Assembly: GCA_000697335.1 (NCBI GenBank)
Contig: JNEM01011617.1
Span: forward strand, 62,001-106,292
Direction of reading: 5' to 3'
Length of the DNA: 44,292 bases
Source of the DNA: Conidiobolus incongruus B7586
Lineage: Eukaryota
Made by a program: the position numbers and the translations under genes. The notes beneath the pieces are model-generated. The model had not been told where the DNA came from. It ran no database searches and worked only from the letters and a program-made list of their open reading frames with translations. Below are positions 1-12,760 of this stretch, one piece after another; the first letter of the stretch is position 1; each line of letters begins with the position of its first letter.

Positions 1-1459
1 ACCACATAAAAATTTTTATTTAATAAGTAATAAATCATGGCTCTTGCCCCAAATTGAAAATACATTATCTAAGTAATTATTATATTAATACTAATATTAT
101 AAAATGAAGCATCAGTGTACTATCAATAAGTTAGCTTTATTAGTTATATAATCTATATTCAATGCTGTTATTCAATTTTTGTATTCTATTAGAATAATCA
201 ATAGGTATCAAGTATAATTATCTGCTACAGCAAAAGATTTTTTTAAATATCAAATTTGAATTTTATAATTGAAGTTGATTTCTCACAATACAATGATAAC
301 ATAATGTAATCTTTTTTTAATTATGCCAAAATATAACTATATATTTCACATAAATACAAATGTGTTTAATACTAATATATATATATATTATCCATCTGAT
401 TTTATAACCTTTTATTCATAAAATGGAATGGCGTGATATATATTACTTTCAACTATTAGAATAAAATAAAATTTATGGTCTAAACTAAACAGTATCATGT
501 ATTTGAATTTTGACAATAAGATATTAATAATTATATATCCTGCCATGGTAATTGCATATTAGATTTCATTATAAAATCAGTAAGAATAATATTTATCAAA
601 TATATCTATTAACAAACTTTTGAACTTGTATATATTGAAATTGAGTTATTGGTGTTTGGATATTATGAATAAGGTATTTATATTTCATCTCAATCAAAAA
701 ACAGTTGATATATTAAGTTATATTTGTATAAATCCAACTTTTAATGAGAATATAATGGCTAAGGAAAACTATATATTTATAAGTTGGAACTAAATATTTT
801 TAACATATTTTTTTAACTTGAATTTTGAAAACGATATCACTGAACAAAATCTTAATAATATATTACTCATTTAGTTGAAATTAATATAACTACTTATCTG
901 AGATAATATAATATATTTGGTTCAGTAGTGGCACTTAATAAAGCTTAAATAATTTATTAATATGCTATTTCAAATAAACTAAGGTTAAGTATTGAATTCA
1001 ATTATTAAGTGTATGATATTTAAATAGTTAAAACTGATGTTAAAATCAATTTTAAAAATATATATTGATTTTATATCAAATTATTCTACAAACTATTCAG
1101 GGCAGGTTTTTAGTTGTATACTTTATATTTATAAATATAAACTTATGTGTATAAATAAAACTATATTTAATCTTTAATTTTTTGAAGAATAAACGTTTAT
1201 TTATAATTCAAATAGAATGAATATCAAAATGATATAATGATCATAATATATACAAGAAAACTGTATTTATAATATTAACTAAATTTATTGTATTTTTGGT
1301 TATCTAATTTATCATTTCAATTTTATATATTATATTTTTTTATATTATTGAAATATAAATTGAAATTTTGAGATCATTAATGTAAGATAATATAATGATG
1401 GCTGATTAATTGGCCAAAATATTTTGTTATATAATATTAATTTAATTTTTTATTTTCAA

Positions 1460-2304
1460 TCAGTATTTTCAAGGATTAAAGATTTACATATTTTAATATA
1501 CTTCCGAATAGTTGGATCAATAACGAATGCAATCAATGTTAATACTCCTGTAAGTACTTTAGTTAATGTCATAAATGGGAATAAAGCTGGAATAGAATAT
1601 CGAGCAAGAGCCAAAAAAAGTAATTCGCTTCAAGTAGAAGGGTAATCAAAGTCTAGGGAGGACTCAGGAAGGATGTTTCAGCAACTTTTTTCTATTTTTT
1701 TGTATTCAAATCGGCACTTTACTAAATTCCATGGTTAACACAGGAATTGATGTATCAAGTAAAAACAATCTTTAAATAGTCATTATCAAATAGATTATGA
1801 TATTGTACAGAAAAGAATTGTATAAAATAAAACAAATATTCTAGATTACAATGGATTATTGGAACCAGAACCATATCCAGCTTTATTGATGGTATCATTA
1901 TAAATACCTAGATTCTCATAAGTAATCATAACAGGTGCAATGGTGAGAAAGATTCCAATCCAAATAATAATCTCAAACATTATAGATGGTTTTTTAAGTT
2001 GAACATATACTCTGTATAAGTGAAAATTCATAGCTCCATTAGTAAAACAATCTGGCAAAAGCTCGAAATATAATTAATTGGTGACAATAAAGGGTACCAA
2101 CATATTGTAATGCTTTTTTAGCTGAGTATTTAAAAACATGAGTCCGAAGGTCTGCTATTATGACAGGTGCAGTCAATTGGATGGTTAGTCTGCTCACATG
2201 CTTTAGGTCGACACACTCAAGTAAGAAATATTCATAATAATGAACACCAAGCTGATAAATCCTATTTAGTGTATAACTTTTTCAATTATATCATTTGATG
2301 TCAT
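1460..2304 (-). pseudogene. psi1: decayed paralog of the 7TM GPCR-like family (closest to gene E)
   Basis: Minus-strand fragments are collinear with the intact paralogs: MTSNDIIEKVIH*IGF (ATG 2304, TAA 2268-2266); VDLKHVSRLTIQL..IIADLRTH..QYVGTLYCHQLIIFRAFAR; CFTNGAMNFHLYRVYVQLKKPS..IWIGIFLTIAPVMI (ORF 1846-2058); LFPFMTLTKVLTGVLTLIAFVIDPTIRKYIKICK. Several stops and frameshifts. The 3' boundary is approximate; a possible exon-2 remnant (NLYFNNIKK) lies near 1335-1361. Confidence 0.92.
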
Positions 2305-4095
2305 AATTTCTACTCTAATATATTGAACTAATATCATATAATTATTAATTTTTGGTCACTGTATATTTTTTATTATATCAATCATTTACAGTAATTTTTG
2401 ATTTTCTGATTATTTAATATGTTTAAGGAAATTTATATACTACAAAAATGGTCAATCAGTAATTCATTCCAATATAAGTATATTCAGATTACCCAAATGA
2501 AAAACAAAATTCCACTGATAATTTAACCCGATCTAAATAAATATAACAATTATATATATTTCGTTTATTTATATGTAGCAATCAATTGATATTCCAATCC
2601 AATAAAGTACTCTTAAGAGTTTACAAAAATCTTGAGTAATTTGAGAAAAGAAGTACATAATATAAACTCAATCATTCGTTTTGACTATTAGATATTAATC
2701 AAATATATATCAAATAAATATCCTTGACAACTTGAGATATTAGAAATATTTTTATTCAAAATTCCCATTATATGTCAACTATGTTTCTCAACCACAGTGT
2801 ATCTTGATACATCTAATATTACTATACTACATTTATTACTATTAGTACATAAAGTATTATTACAGCTTTATTTATCATAATATGATTATTTATTACACTT
2901 GTTCAATTAAAATTGAGAGCTTAATCGGTTTTAAATATTATTTTTTTTATCTAATAATTAATAAAATTCAAAAATCGGGATCCTATAGAGTTGTATTTAT
3001 ACTCATTAGTTTTAATCAAAGAAATTAAACCAGTTAAAAATTATTCAGACCAGAAATTGTCCCTATACCTTACAATCGCGATATATCATTCATCTTTCTA
3101 CATTTTATAGTACAAAAACTAATTAAACGTAAATTAAAGATTAACAATTTAATAGATATGCTCAATTTATTAAATATTACTAGAATTATAAAGCTAAGTT
3201 AAGCTATCTCCTTTGATTTAATAAATTTAGAAATTTTGTATTTTTTTCAAGGTTGATAGATTTTAATTACATAATATATTTATAATTAGATTTCAAAAAT
3301 CAAATGATGAATTTACTAACTATTTTTAAAAGTATTAATGATAAAGTTCTTTTAGCTAATATTTTATCTTATATATTATACCTCATCATTTGATCCTTTT
3401 GGTAATTGCCTTTTTCTCTTATCTATTTTATTTGAAAAAACTAAATATATAAGTACTTTAATTATTTTTATTTCAATTGGAATTTTATCAAATGACATAT
3501 TATCATAAATTGAGTATTTAAAATGATATTATATTACAAAAGTTGTTTTTAATTGACAATATTCTAATTACTAACTTTTCATTATATTTTGAGGATAAAA
3601 CAATTTTATATCCTATTATCGTAGAATCTTCGCCTCTTTTTTATACATACTATATCATATATATATATATATATATTAATTTCTCCTGTTTATACTCTAT
3701 AAGTTTATATTCAATAACTATTAATATTAGTTGAAATACAAATATAGATAATTAGTGGAAATATTATATATGAGTCAGTTTAATAAAATATTGATATTTA
3801 TCCGAAATAATATGGAATGACTTCTTTTATTATTAAATTTAATAATAGCTCTTTTGATTCTTCAAGTTTTATTATAATCAATGGTACATATAATAAAATA
3901 TATTACTACAAAAAAATGAATATATAATAGATTTATATTTCATAAATAAATAGAAATACTGAAATTTTTTATATAAGTTCTGGTTATAAGATTTTTTTTT
4001 CAATTTAGATCAATTTGATATCTCAATTAACAACTATAGTACTAATTGTTATAATTTGATTAATTTTTTAATATACAGATTAATTAATAGAAAGA

Positions 4096-4123
4096 TTATT
4101 TTAGCTTATTTTAGCTTATTTTA
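4096..4123. repeat. short tandem repeat (TTATTTTAGC) x ~2.8
   Basis: ttattttagc ttattttagc ttatttta read directly. Confidence 0.7.
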
Positions 4124-6159
4124 TGCATTTTTTAAATTATAAGTGATTTATCTCATATTTCTATTAATTAATCTAAGCTTAGGCATTAGTATATATAATA
4201 TACTTTTATTATTAATATTAAACTATTTTAATTAAAAAATAATTAAAATAAAAAGCTATATAATAATATATTTTTTACTTTATTAATAAGAGAAATGATA
4301 ATAATAAAAATTTTTCTATTTTATTTAGATAAAATAGAAAAAATGTCACTTTTGGCTTTAAATATACAAATCTAGCAATAAATGATGTTTTAGATATAAT
4401 ATTTTTTTATTATTTGCTTACAAATCCTTAATGATTTTAAAGGGTTTAGGGTTAGGTTCTAGTAATACTAAAATAAAGACCTATTGATGGTCATTATTTA
4501 ATTTAAGGATAATTAAATTTAACTTTAAACTTTTAATTAAAGATATTTTAATGTAAAAATAATTGTGAATGAATATGTATAGTGTGAAAATATTCTTTGT
4601 CTTATATATTTTATTATAAAAAATCCTTTAAACTAAGAATATGTTTGAACAATCAAAAATTACAAAGTTTGCTATTTTTTTCTCCATAGTTAAATATAAT
4701 AAAATTGAAAAAAAAACTTAATAAATTTCAGGAAAAAATATATATATGAATTTGTATTGAATAGATTACTGTATATAATTTTAAAATATTAATCACTTCA
4801 AATTCGAGAATTTTCAAATAGAACTCTAAGTTAAAAATATCTAAATAATTCATAATATATATAAAATAATAATTTCAAATCATTTAAAATAAATATTACA
4901 ACAAAGCAAATTATATGTATTCTGATTAAAATTTTAGTTAGTATAATTTATTCCAAAAATCGTCACAAAGTAGGGGTGGAATTAAAAAATATTTAATCTA
5001 CTTCGACTTATTACAAACTTTATATAAAGGATTCAGTGATTCTGATAAGTACAGAAAGGCATTAAGTGCTCAATATCTTATCCGATTTATAATTTTGGTT
5101 TCTTGACACCTCTGGCCAAAAGAACATTTTTAAATAAAAGGGATAATTGATGATTTTTTGAACTAAAAGAATCATTACTAGATCATAGACTCAAGGTGGT
5201 GGGTCTTGTTTTTTCTCTACTTGCCATCTCGGTCTCAAATGTAAGTTTATAACAATATATATTTAGAAAATCAATAATATTGTATAACATATGCTTCTAA
5301 AACACAATTTTTCAAAATTCTATAATTCTGGTTAAATAATGCTAATATTTTTACATATTTCAAAAACAGGTTAAATGAATTGTATTTAAAACAATAATAA
5401 AAAAATAATAAAAATTATTATATACTATAGTTATATCGAAAATAAGAGAAATTTTAAGTTTATAGGAGAATGATTAATCCATTAATTAATTAAGAAAATA
5501 TTAAATATGACAGTACTTGCGATTAATAAACTTCTTTTAATGAATACTCGATTGAATCAATTTTAAAATAATTTCAAGGGTTGTAAAGGAATTGTCAAAC
5601 ACCATTTCATTATATTATCAATTAAAATAGTTTAATAGATTAATGGAAAAATATCATGCTTAATTGAGAGCCTTTTAGTGTATAAGATATATCCTTCACA
5701 AATCAAAGTGAGGAAATCTTTGAAAATTTGATATATTATAATGAATTAATATATTATCATCCAATTTTAATATTAATCAAAATATGAAATTTAATTAAAA
5801 AAATTATGATAGTTTATAATATTTGAGAACATTATGTTTTTATACAGAAATTTAAATATTCATATATTTGGGAGTCGTGATGATGGATTAATAGCTAATA
5901 TCAACATCAATTTTTATTTTAATACTTTAAGAAGAATATTTAACAAAGTTACAGAATTTTGCTTAGGGTATTTTTGAAAGATTTTATTGAGAATATCAAA
6001 ATTTTCAATATTTATCAAATTCGTGTATGTCTAGTCAACAAAAAGAATTAATTATTTTGTATTGATTGGTTGAATATATTATTAAGTATAGAAGACTTAG
6101 TGCCATAAATTTTAAAATAAGTTTTGATTGAATGATCAATTAGTACTATCATCAAATCT

Positions 6160-6299
6160 TATTGTTGTATTTCAAAATCAACTGTTAATCTCGATTCGAT
6201 AATTAAGCTGATTCTATTTATAATTCAGACTGGCTTTATCAGACAATAATTAAAGGATACTTTTTATTAGTATATCATTCACTAAATCAACTATTTAAA
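6160..6299 (-). repeat. dispersed repeat copy 1 (decayed, coding-like; partner at 19824-19996)
   Basis: Shares an identical 19-mer TATTGTTGTATTTCAAAAT and further collinear blocks (ataattaaaggatact vs ataattgaaggatact; atatcattcactaaatcaactatttaaa vs atatcattcattgattcaattatttaaa) with 19824-19996. Confidence 0.8.
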
Positions 6300-6953
6300 T
6301 AAGTTTGTTAACTAATAGTTTACCAACAACCATTTTTATTGAAAAAACTTACTATATACACAGTAATTTATCAAATATATTCAAAATTTTTATTATTAAT
6401 GAGATTTTAAACTTGGATCAATTTTGAAAAAAATTTAAAATATTTTACCCAACTAATTTGATCCAATTAAAAATAGTGAATTTATAGCATGGATTAATTT
6501 AAATGGTTAAACAAATGTTAATGACTTAATTTAATTTAAACTGAGAAATAAGTTAAATTAATAGTGGTTTTTTGGATTTTATGTAAATATAGTAATATTC
6601 TATAGCTACAGAAAAGTTCAATTTTATTTCGTTTATAATAATGATAATTCAAATTTGAAAATAATAACAAAGGATTCTGTATTGGATTTAATTTCTAAGT
6701 TTTATGCATTAAAGTTTCATGTTATATTCATTCTTATTACTGATGATAAAATATAAACTAGTTGTCCGGAGTTTTAATTAATATTTGACAGTGCGTGTGA
6801 TCATTCAAAGATTAAAATCGCTTAAAATAATATTGATGATCCATAAAAATAAATAAATAAACTTTCAGCTATCATGAATGGATCATAAAATTTGGTTTGT
6901 ATTAAAGATTATAGATGATAATTGTTAATCATCCTCTAGTTATGGTTACAAAG

Positions 6954-6962
6954 TATATATAA
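6954..6962 (+). promoter_or_regulatory. candidate TATA box of gene A
   Basis: TATATATAA about 75 bp upstream of the ATG; all six intact paralogs have a similar motif 60-76 bp upstream. Confidence 0.45.
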
Positions 6963-7029
6963 TACTATAGTGGGCTAATATGCGGCTTAATTCGAATTGG
7001 ACATTTGTTATTATTATTAACAGTTCAAA

Positions 7030-8051
7030 ATGGCTGGTGGTCCTCCTCCCATGCCTGCTGCTCTAAAAATTGCTCAGGTTCTAAATCCTATTGGGTTGGC
7101 TTGTTCTGCTCTTGTTTTATTTACTATCTTTATCCTTGGATGTATTAATTCAAAGCATGTCAATCGTATGACTATCAGGTTAATCGCCGCAATATCATTT
7201 GCTGATTTCATGCTTCATTGGGGTGAATATTTTGCAATGGGAACTAAAAGATATGTTGGTAAACCATATTGTGTCAGTTTAACCACTTTCCGTGTGTTTA
7301 CCAGAACTTTCTACTGTTTTACGAATCTTGCCATTGCCTTTCACCTATATAGAGGTGTAGTTAAGCTGAAGAAATCTACTTGGAGGTTTGAATTGTTCAC
7401 TTGGGTTAGTATTGTTTTAGCTATTATTCCCTTTATGATTGTGTATTACTTTTTGGGCATTTTCACAGGTACTCACAAGTCCAGCTGTTATCCAGCATCA
7501 GATAATCCAGTATACAGCCAAGTTTATGACTTTATTTCTTTTACTGTCAACCTTATTACCCTTTTAACATGTGTATATGCTACTTACTCCGGTCATAAAA
7601 GTCTCACCCATTGGATCAATACTTATGCCAATTATCAAATCAATCGCGAAGAAGATCAAAAGCAATTTAAACAAGACAGAAGAAAGATGGCTGAAAGAGC
7701 TTTCCTCTATCCCCTATCCACTGTGATCACTTTACCTTTCAGATGCCTTGTCGATTTCATGGCTGGTTTAAACTACGAACCCGATTGGGGTAAAACCTTG
7801 ATGTCTCTTGGTATGGGCTTATCTGGACTCCTTACTCTGATTGTATTTTGTATTGATCCCGCTGTTTGGAAATCAATTGAAAGCTCTAAACATCAAATGT
7901 ACAGCTGGGTTAAAGGTAACATAATTTATCATTCCATGATATAGTTTTCACTAATTTCATTATAGGGAACAAAGGCGTTAAAGGTAATAATGATCCTTAT
8001 AGTCCTGGCTTTGCTTCCTCTACCGATTCTGTGAGACAATTTAATGGTTAA
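7030..8051 (+). CDS. gene A: 7TM GPCR-like receptor (cAMP-receptor-like), 323 aa; exons 7030-7915 and 7966-8051
   Basis: Seven hydrophobic segments; TM2 ADF, PYC at the top of TM3 plus ECL2 Cys (SSCYP), HLYR at the end of TM3, FLYPL...LP in TM6, IDPAVW after TM7. 50-nt intron GTAACA..CACTAAT..TATAG (7916-7965); exon 2 is in frame: GNKGVKGNNDPYSPGFASSTDSVRQFNG*. Confidence 0.92.
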
Positions 8052-10205
8052 ATATCTTAACTTGAGATCAATCAAACCGATTACTTTGACACTATTTAAT
8101 AATTGAATAATAGAGCAATAAACTTGATATATATTACATAATTTTCATTATATTAAATGATGTTATTCTTTTGAATTTTATAATATTTTTTGAGTTATTG
8201 TATGATTGTTGTGTGTAATAAAAAAAATTTTATTTGTATTGTTAAAAATAATATAATACAATTCAAATATCTTCAATAAAATGAAAAATAATATTTATGA
8301 AGCTATTTACTATTAGATACCTGGAATGTTCTTTTGTTGATTAAAAATTTTAATATTTTTATTGGATTTCCTTAGTAATGAATATATTAATTAACCTAAT
8401 TTTATATAAATCATGTGCCAATTATGAAAATTATTGAATATACCTTTCAATGTGTAATTGAAAGTTAAGTATGGTAGATATCCAGATTATCATTTCAACG
8501 ATATTGGGTCATTTTTCACTTTTTGAGGATTAATTGAAAATTAGTGTTTTAGTTTTATTGTTCTGGTATAGGTAGAAATCAGACTAGTGAATTTTAAACA
8601 ATTGTTAATTGTTCAAATTATTAATGAAAATATTGAAATGCTGATTTTAAATCCAAGATATACCAACATAAATAATATTTTCAAATATTATTATACTTGA
8701 ATCAAATATTGTAAATATATATCCTGAGGGATATATCAATCTCTTGCATTGTTCAATTATTAAGTTCTTGAACAAAGCATGTAATAATAATCTCTATATA
8801 ATTAGATTATATTTAACTAAATCTCATTCTTAAAACATACTAATATATGAAAATATTATCTAAAGAATCCAAATTAATGCCAGTATTATATATTATCGTC
8901 CTTGCTGAAGATATTACTTTAAATAATACAAGTAATATTTGCTTCATAATAATCGTGTAGAGTTTCAAAATAATATTGAAAATATGTATAGATACAATAT
9001 TCTTTTCAAATATACTTCCCTTCACGCTTTTAACAATTAAAATAACCATTTCAAAGTATTTAGTCTATTATTCAGAATGTATTTGCTTTACTCAAAGATA
9101 AGATATATTGTTATTATCCAATAATATGACTTAATATATATAACTTAAAATGATTCACTAAAATGTAAAAAAAATATACAATAGTTATAATATTTACTTA
9201 ACACATAATTATTGTCTTATATTTTTTACACCCGGGAGTCGAATGTGTCAAAATTACACTGAATCATTGATTCAATACAATAGAGGTATCCAATAGATTG
9301 AAAATAAATTTTCAAGTATAATATATTAACCTTGAATCATTTTAATGCCAAAACTATAACTTTTTTCTCAATCATAATGTTTGATTGATCCATTTTGGTT
9401 GTTAAAACTAGTAATACTTATTTGGTTTAATTGAATAAAATACCCATGAATACATCACATTTCAAAAATTTTCACCTATAAGAGATTCAATTACTTTCCA
9501 TTATTTTTAATAATATATCATATTTACCGTTTATTCATATGATAAATAATTACATTTAAGATACCATTTAATGATATCAATACTATCAAATTATATAAAA
9601 AACAATTGATATATGACTATATTCGAAACACATATTTATTCTTATATACAGTAGAATTAAAATTTTATTAAAAAAATATTTAACAAATATTTCATTAGAA
9701 ATTTCAATATAAAATTAAAAATGGATTAAATAGTGTGGAAAGTTTAAGTAAAAAAAGATTAAATGACAAAAAATGGTGGATTAAATTAACTGAAATATTA
9801 AATTGAAGATTTTGGATCTATAAATTGAAATTTTTTTTTTCAATAAATACAACCTATCCATTGTAAAATTATAATGTTCGCTTTTATTATCTGATTGGGA
9901 TTACAATCCCTTTTATTAAGTTCGATCAAAGAAGTTTTACTTAATAAGTAAACATTGAAACATTTTTTTCTTATCCTATTGATGCTAATATCAAGTATAA
10001 ACATCATATTATTTTGAAAGTTTCCAAATTTTTTATATTTGATGTCAGTTGGGAAAATTAGTTAATGTAGATATTATCCACTTTAATAAATATATACTTG
10101 CTAGAATTTTACCACGGTTAATGATATTTAAAGTTTTTTGATTATTGGATAGATTAGAATAACTGTTTAGCAAGTTGTAATTTTTCAAATCCTGAATATC
10201 AAGGG

Positions 10206-10213
10206 TATATAAA
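10206..10213 (+). promoter_or_regulatory. candidate TATA box of gene B
   Basis: TATATAAA 72 bp upstream of ATG 10278. Confidence 0.5.
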
Positions 10214-10277
10214 GAGTTTTTCTATGTGAATTGTTAATCACATATTTTATAATTCGAACTGCAATTAAAAATTGAAA

Positions 10278-11276
10278 ATGGCTGGTGGTCCTCCTCCTAT
10301 GCCTGCTGCACTCAAGATTGCACAGGTTTTAAATCCTCTTGGCTTAGCTTGCTCGAGTTTGGTTTTAGCTACACTCTTTGTGCTTGGAATTATTAATTTT
10401 AAAAATATCAATCGAATGACCGTCCGTTTAATTGCTGCTATTGCGTTCGCTGATTTCATGCTTCATTGGGGTGAATATTTTGCAATGGGAACTAAAAGAT
10501 ATGTGGGACAGCCCTATTGTTTTGGTTTAACTACTTTTCGTGTGTTTGGAAGAACCTTTTATTGTTTAGTTAACCTCGCTATTGCTTTTCATTTATACAG
10601 AGGAATTGTAAAATTGAAACAATCAACGTGGAGGTTTGAATTGTTCACTTGGATGGGTGTGTGCTTCGCAATGATTCCGTTTATGGTGACTTACCACTTT
10701 TTAAGGGTGTTCACAGGTACTCACAAGTCCAGTTGCTATCCCGGATCAGACTATCCAGCATACAATAGGGCTTATAATATTATTTCAGGTGTTATCAACC
10801 TAATAACAGTTGTCATTTGTGTATCCGTGACTTATATGGGTTATAAGAGTCTTACTAATTGGGTTAATTCTTATGTAACATACCAAATCAATCAAGAAGA
10901 TGATCAAAATGAATTTAGACAATATAAGAAAAGAATTGCACAAAGGGCCTTCCTTTACCCTCTGTCTACTCTAGTCACTCTGCCCTTCCGAGTTGTGGTT
11001 GATTTCTTAGCTGCTGGTGATCGTGAACCAGATTGGGCTAAAACTCTTATGGCATTAGGAATGGGACTTTCCGGCGCCCTCACATTGATTATATTTTGCT
11101 TTGATCCTGCTACTTGGAAATCCATCAAACTTGCTAAAATACAATTAGTCTGTTGGATGAGAGGTAAATAGAATTTTTTATTTTTTGATATATCCTTTAT
11201 TAATTTGATTCTAGGAAATAATGATTCTAAGAAGTATGATGATTATCATCTTCAATCAAGGCCAATGAGTGCATAA
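10278..11276 (+). CDS. gene B: 7TM GPCR-like receptor, tandem paralog of A, 315 aa; exons 10278-11163 and 11215-11276
   Basis: Same N-terminus as A (MAGGPPPMPAALKIAQVLNP); the real ATG is 10278, while the ORF track starts at an upstream TTG. Exon 1 is the same length as in A (886 nt). 51-nt intron GTAAAT..CTAG (11164-11214); exon 2 GNNDSKKYDDYHLQSRPMSA*. Confidence 0.92.
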
Positions 11277-11517
11277 ACTGTTATCAATAATTTATCGAAT
11301 AATATAACAAATATATAATGCGCAGAGTATTAAATTTTTGTCTATATTGATAATTATAAAGTAAATCATAAAAGAACAATAAATATTTGGAACTATAGAA
11401 TATAATTATCTTGGTTTTATTATATTATTATTTCATATATTAAAACTCATTTTTAGAATTTCAAAGTAATTTATTTTTTAATTCGAGTATTTGCCACTGG
11501 AATGAGATTTAACAATG

Positions 11518-11539
11518 TATATATATATATATATATATA
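11518..11539. repeat. (TA)11 microsatellite
   Basis: Read directly. Confidence 0.85.
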
Positions 11540-12089
11540 CCATAGAATAACTATTAAGCAAAAGGATTTTTCAAATATTTTAAATATACCAAATATAACC
11601 ATCTTGCTTTTTAAGTTATTTATAATTTAGCTTAAAATACCATTTCCAATGATTTTTGAATTAGTAAGGGTTAATACAGTGTACTAATATATATATATAT
11701 ATAAATTATATATTCTTTGAAATGCTTTAATTATTATTATATCATATTAATAATATTATCAATAAGTTAAATAATTTCTACTAATTAGAATATTTAAATT
11801 TAAACTCTATGATTTGTTTTGATAACAATTTAATAAATATCTATTTACAAACAAATGATATAAAATAATCTTAAAACAGAGTGGAAATAAGATGCATAAT
11901 CTTAAATTTTATGATTTTGGAGAATATATTGTCTTGATTAATATGTATTGATAGTAACTATTATAGATTATCTATTTATACATTAGGATATATCTTGCTA
12001 TATTATTCTATTTCATATCCCAAATTTAAGATATTAATTTTGAAATAATGGTACTTATAATAAGTTAATATAAAAAATTTTAAGATATT

Positions 12090-12760
12090 ATAATGATGAT
12101 AGTACCCTATAGCACAGCCAATGTATGGAATTAATAGCAAGTTCTAAGATTACTAAAGCAAGTGATACATCAATCCATCTAGAATATTTGTTCCATGTAG
12201 AGTTCAAATTAAATAATATATATATATATATATATATCAAGAAATCAAGATAATTTATTGATTTCCAAATATCATGAGGAGTTTCCAAAAATCCTAATCG
12301 AAGTATTATAATTCTTGATAATATCTCGAAAACAACTCCTTAGAACATAGGGAACTCAATTAAGTAGAAAAAATACACAGGATATTAAAATAGTTTGTTT
12401 ATTATATTATCAATTTTATACTTATTATTCTTAAATAAAAGAATATATATATATGGATTGATATATAAATATAAGTTGTGCAAAAATTGTCGGGAATCCC
12501 AAGGATTTCTAGCACCAGTAATATATTGTATTATAATGAGAGTTTATACTAGCCCTATTATGATATCTCAGAACACCACACGATTTGTAACAACCAAATA
12601 AATGATAGCTATCATATTATATATTTTATTGGGAGTGAAGTTTATATGAAAATATGTATATTGTACTTCTTAATATATTCATTTTTGAATGAATTCATAA
12701 CTTATTCTACTCCATGTTTTTCATGGGGTCCGAAGTAGCCACAATGTATCTAATATACAA
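12090..12760 (-). pseudogene. possible decayed membrane-protein gene, perhaps a 7TM receptor of a different family
   Basis: Locally GC-richer patches translate on the minus strand, in order, to AIIYLVVTNRVVF*DIIIGLV*TLIIIQYITGARNPWDSRQF, then CVFFLLN*VPYVL (or KLF*YPVYFFYLIEFP..VVFEILS in another frame), then KYSRWIDVSLALVILELAINSI. No intact ORF; the resemblance is by eye only. Confidence 0.3.

Noticed and set aside
1424..1645. Short ORFs overlapping receptor loci (1424-1645, 10265-10459, 17991-18818 set, 27719-27940, 31548-31757, 32141-32353, 36531-36876, 42549-42803)
   Set aside because: Antisense or alternate-frame shadows of the receptor genes and pseudogenes; no independent evidence.
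3543..3734. Small AT-rich ORFs (3543-3734, 8840-9049, 12395-12601, 38967-39152)
   Set aside because: Low-complexity I/Y/N/F-rich translations, some spanning TA microsatellites and several with TTG starts; expected by chance.
4440..4458. Telomere-like AAGGGTTTAGGGTTAGGTT
   Set aside because: Only about three imperfect units; too short to call an interstitial telomeric array.
5030..5245. Slightly GC-richer intergenic patches (5030-5245, 33780-34420, 35240-35350)
   Set aside because: May be old gene or transposon debris, but no recognisable motif, ORF or repeat partner could be read.
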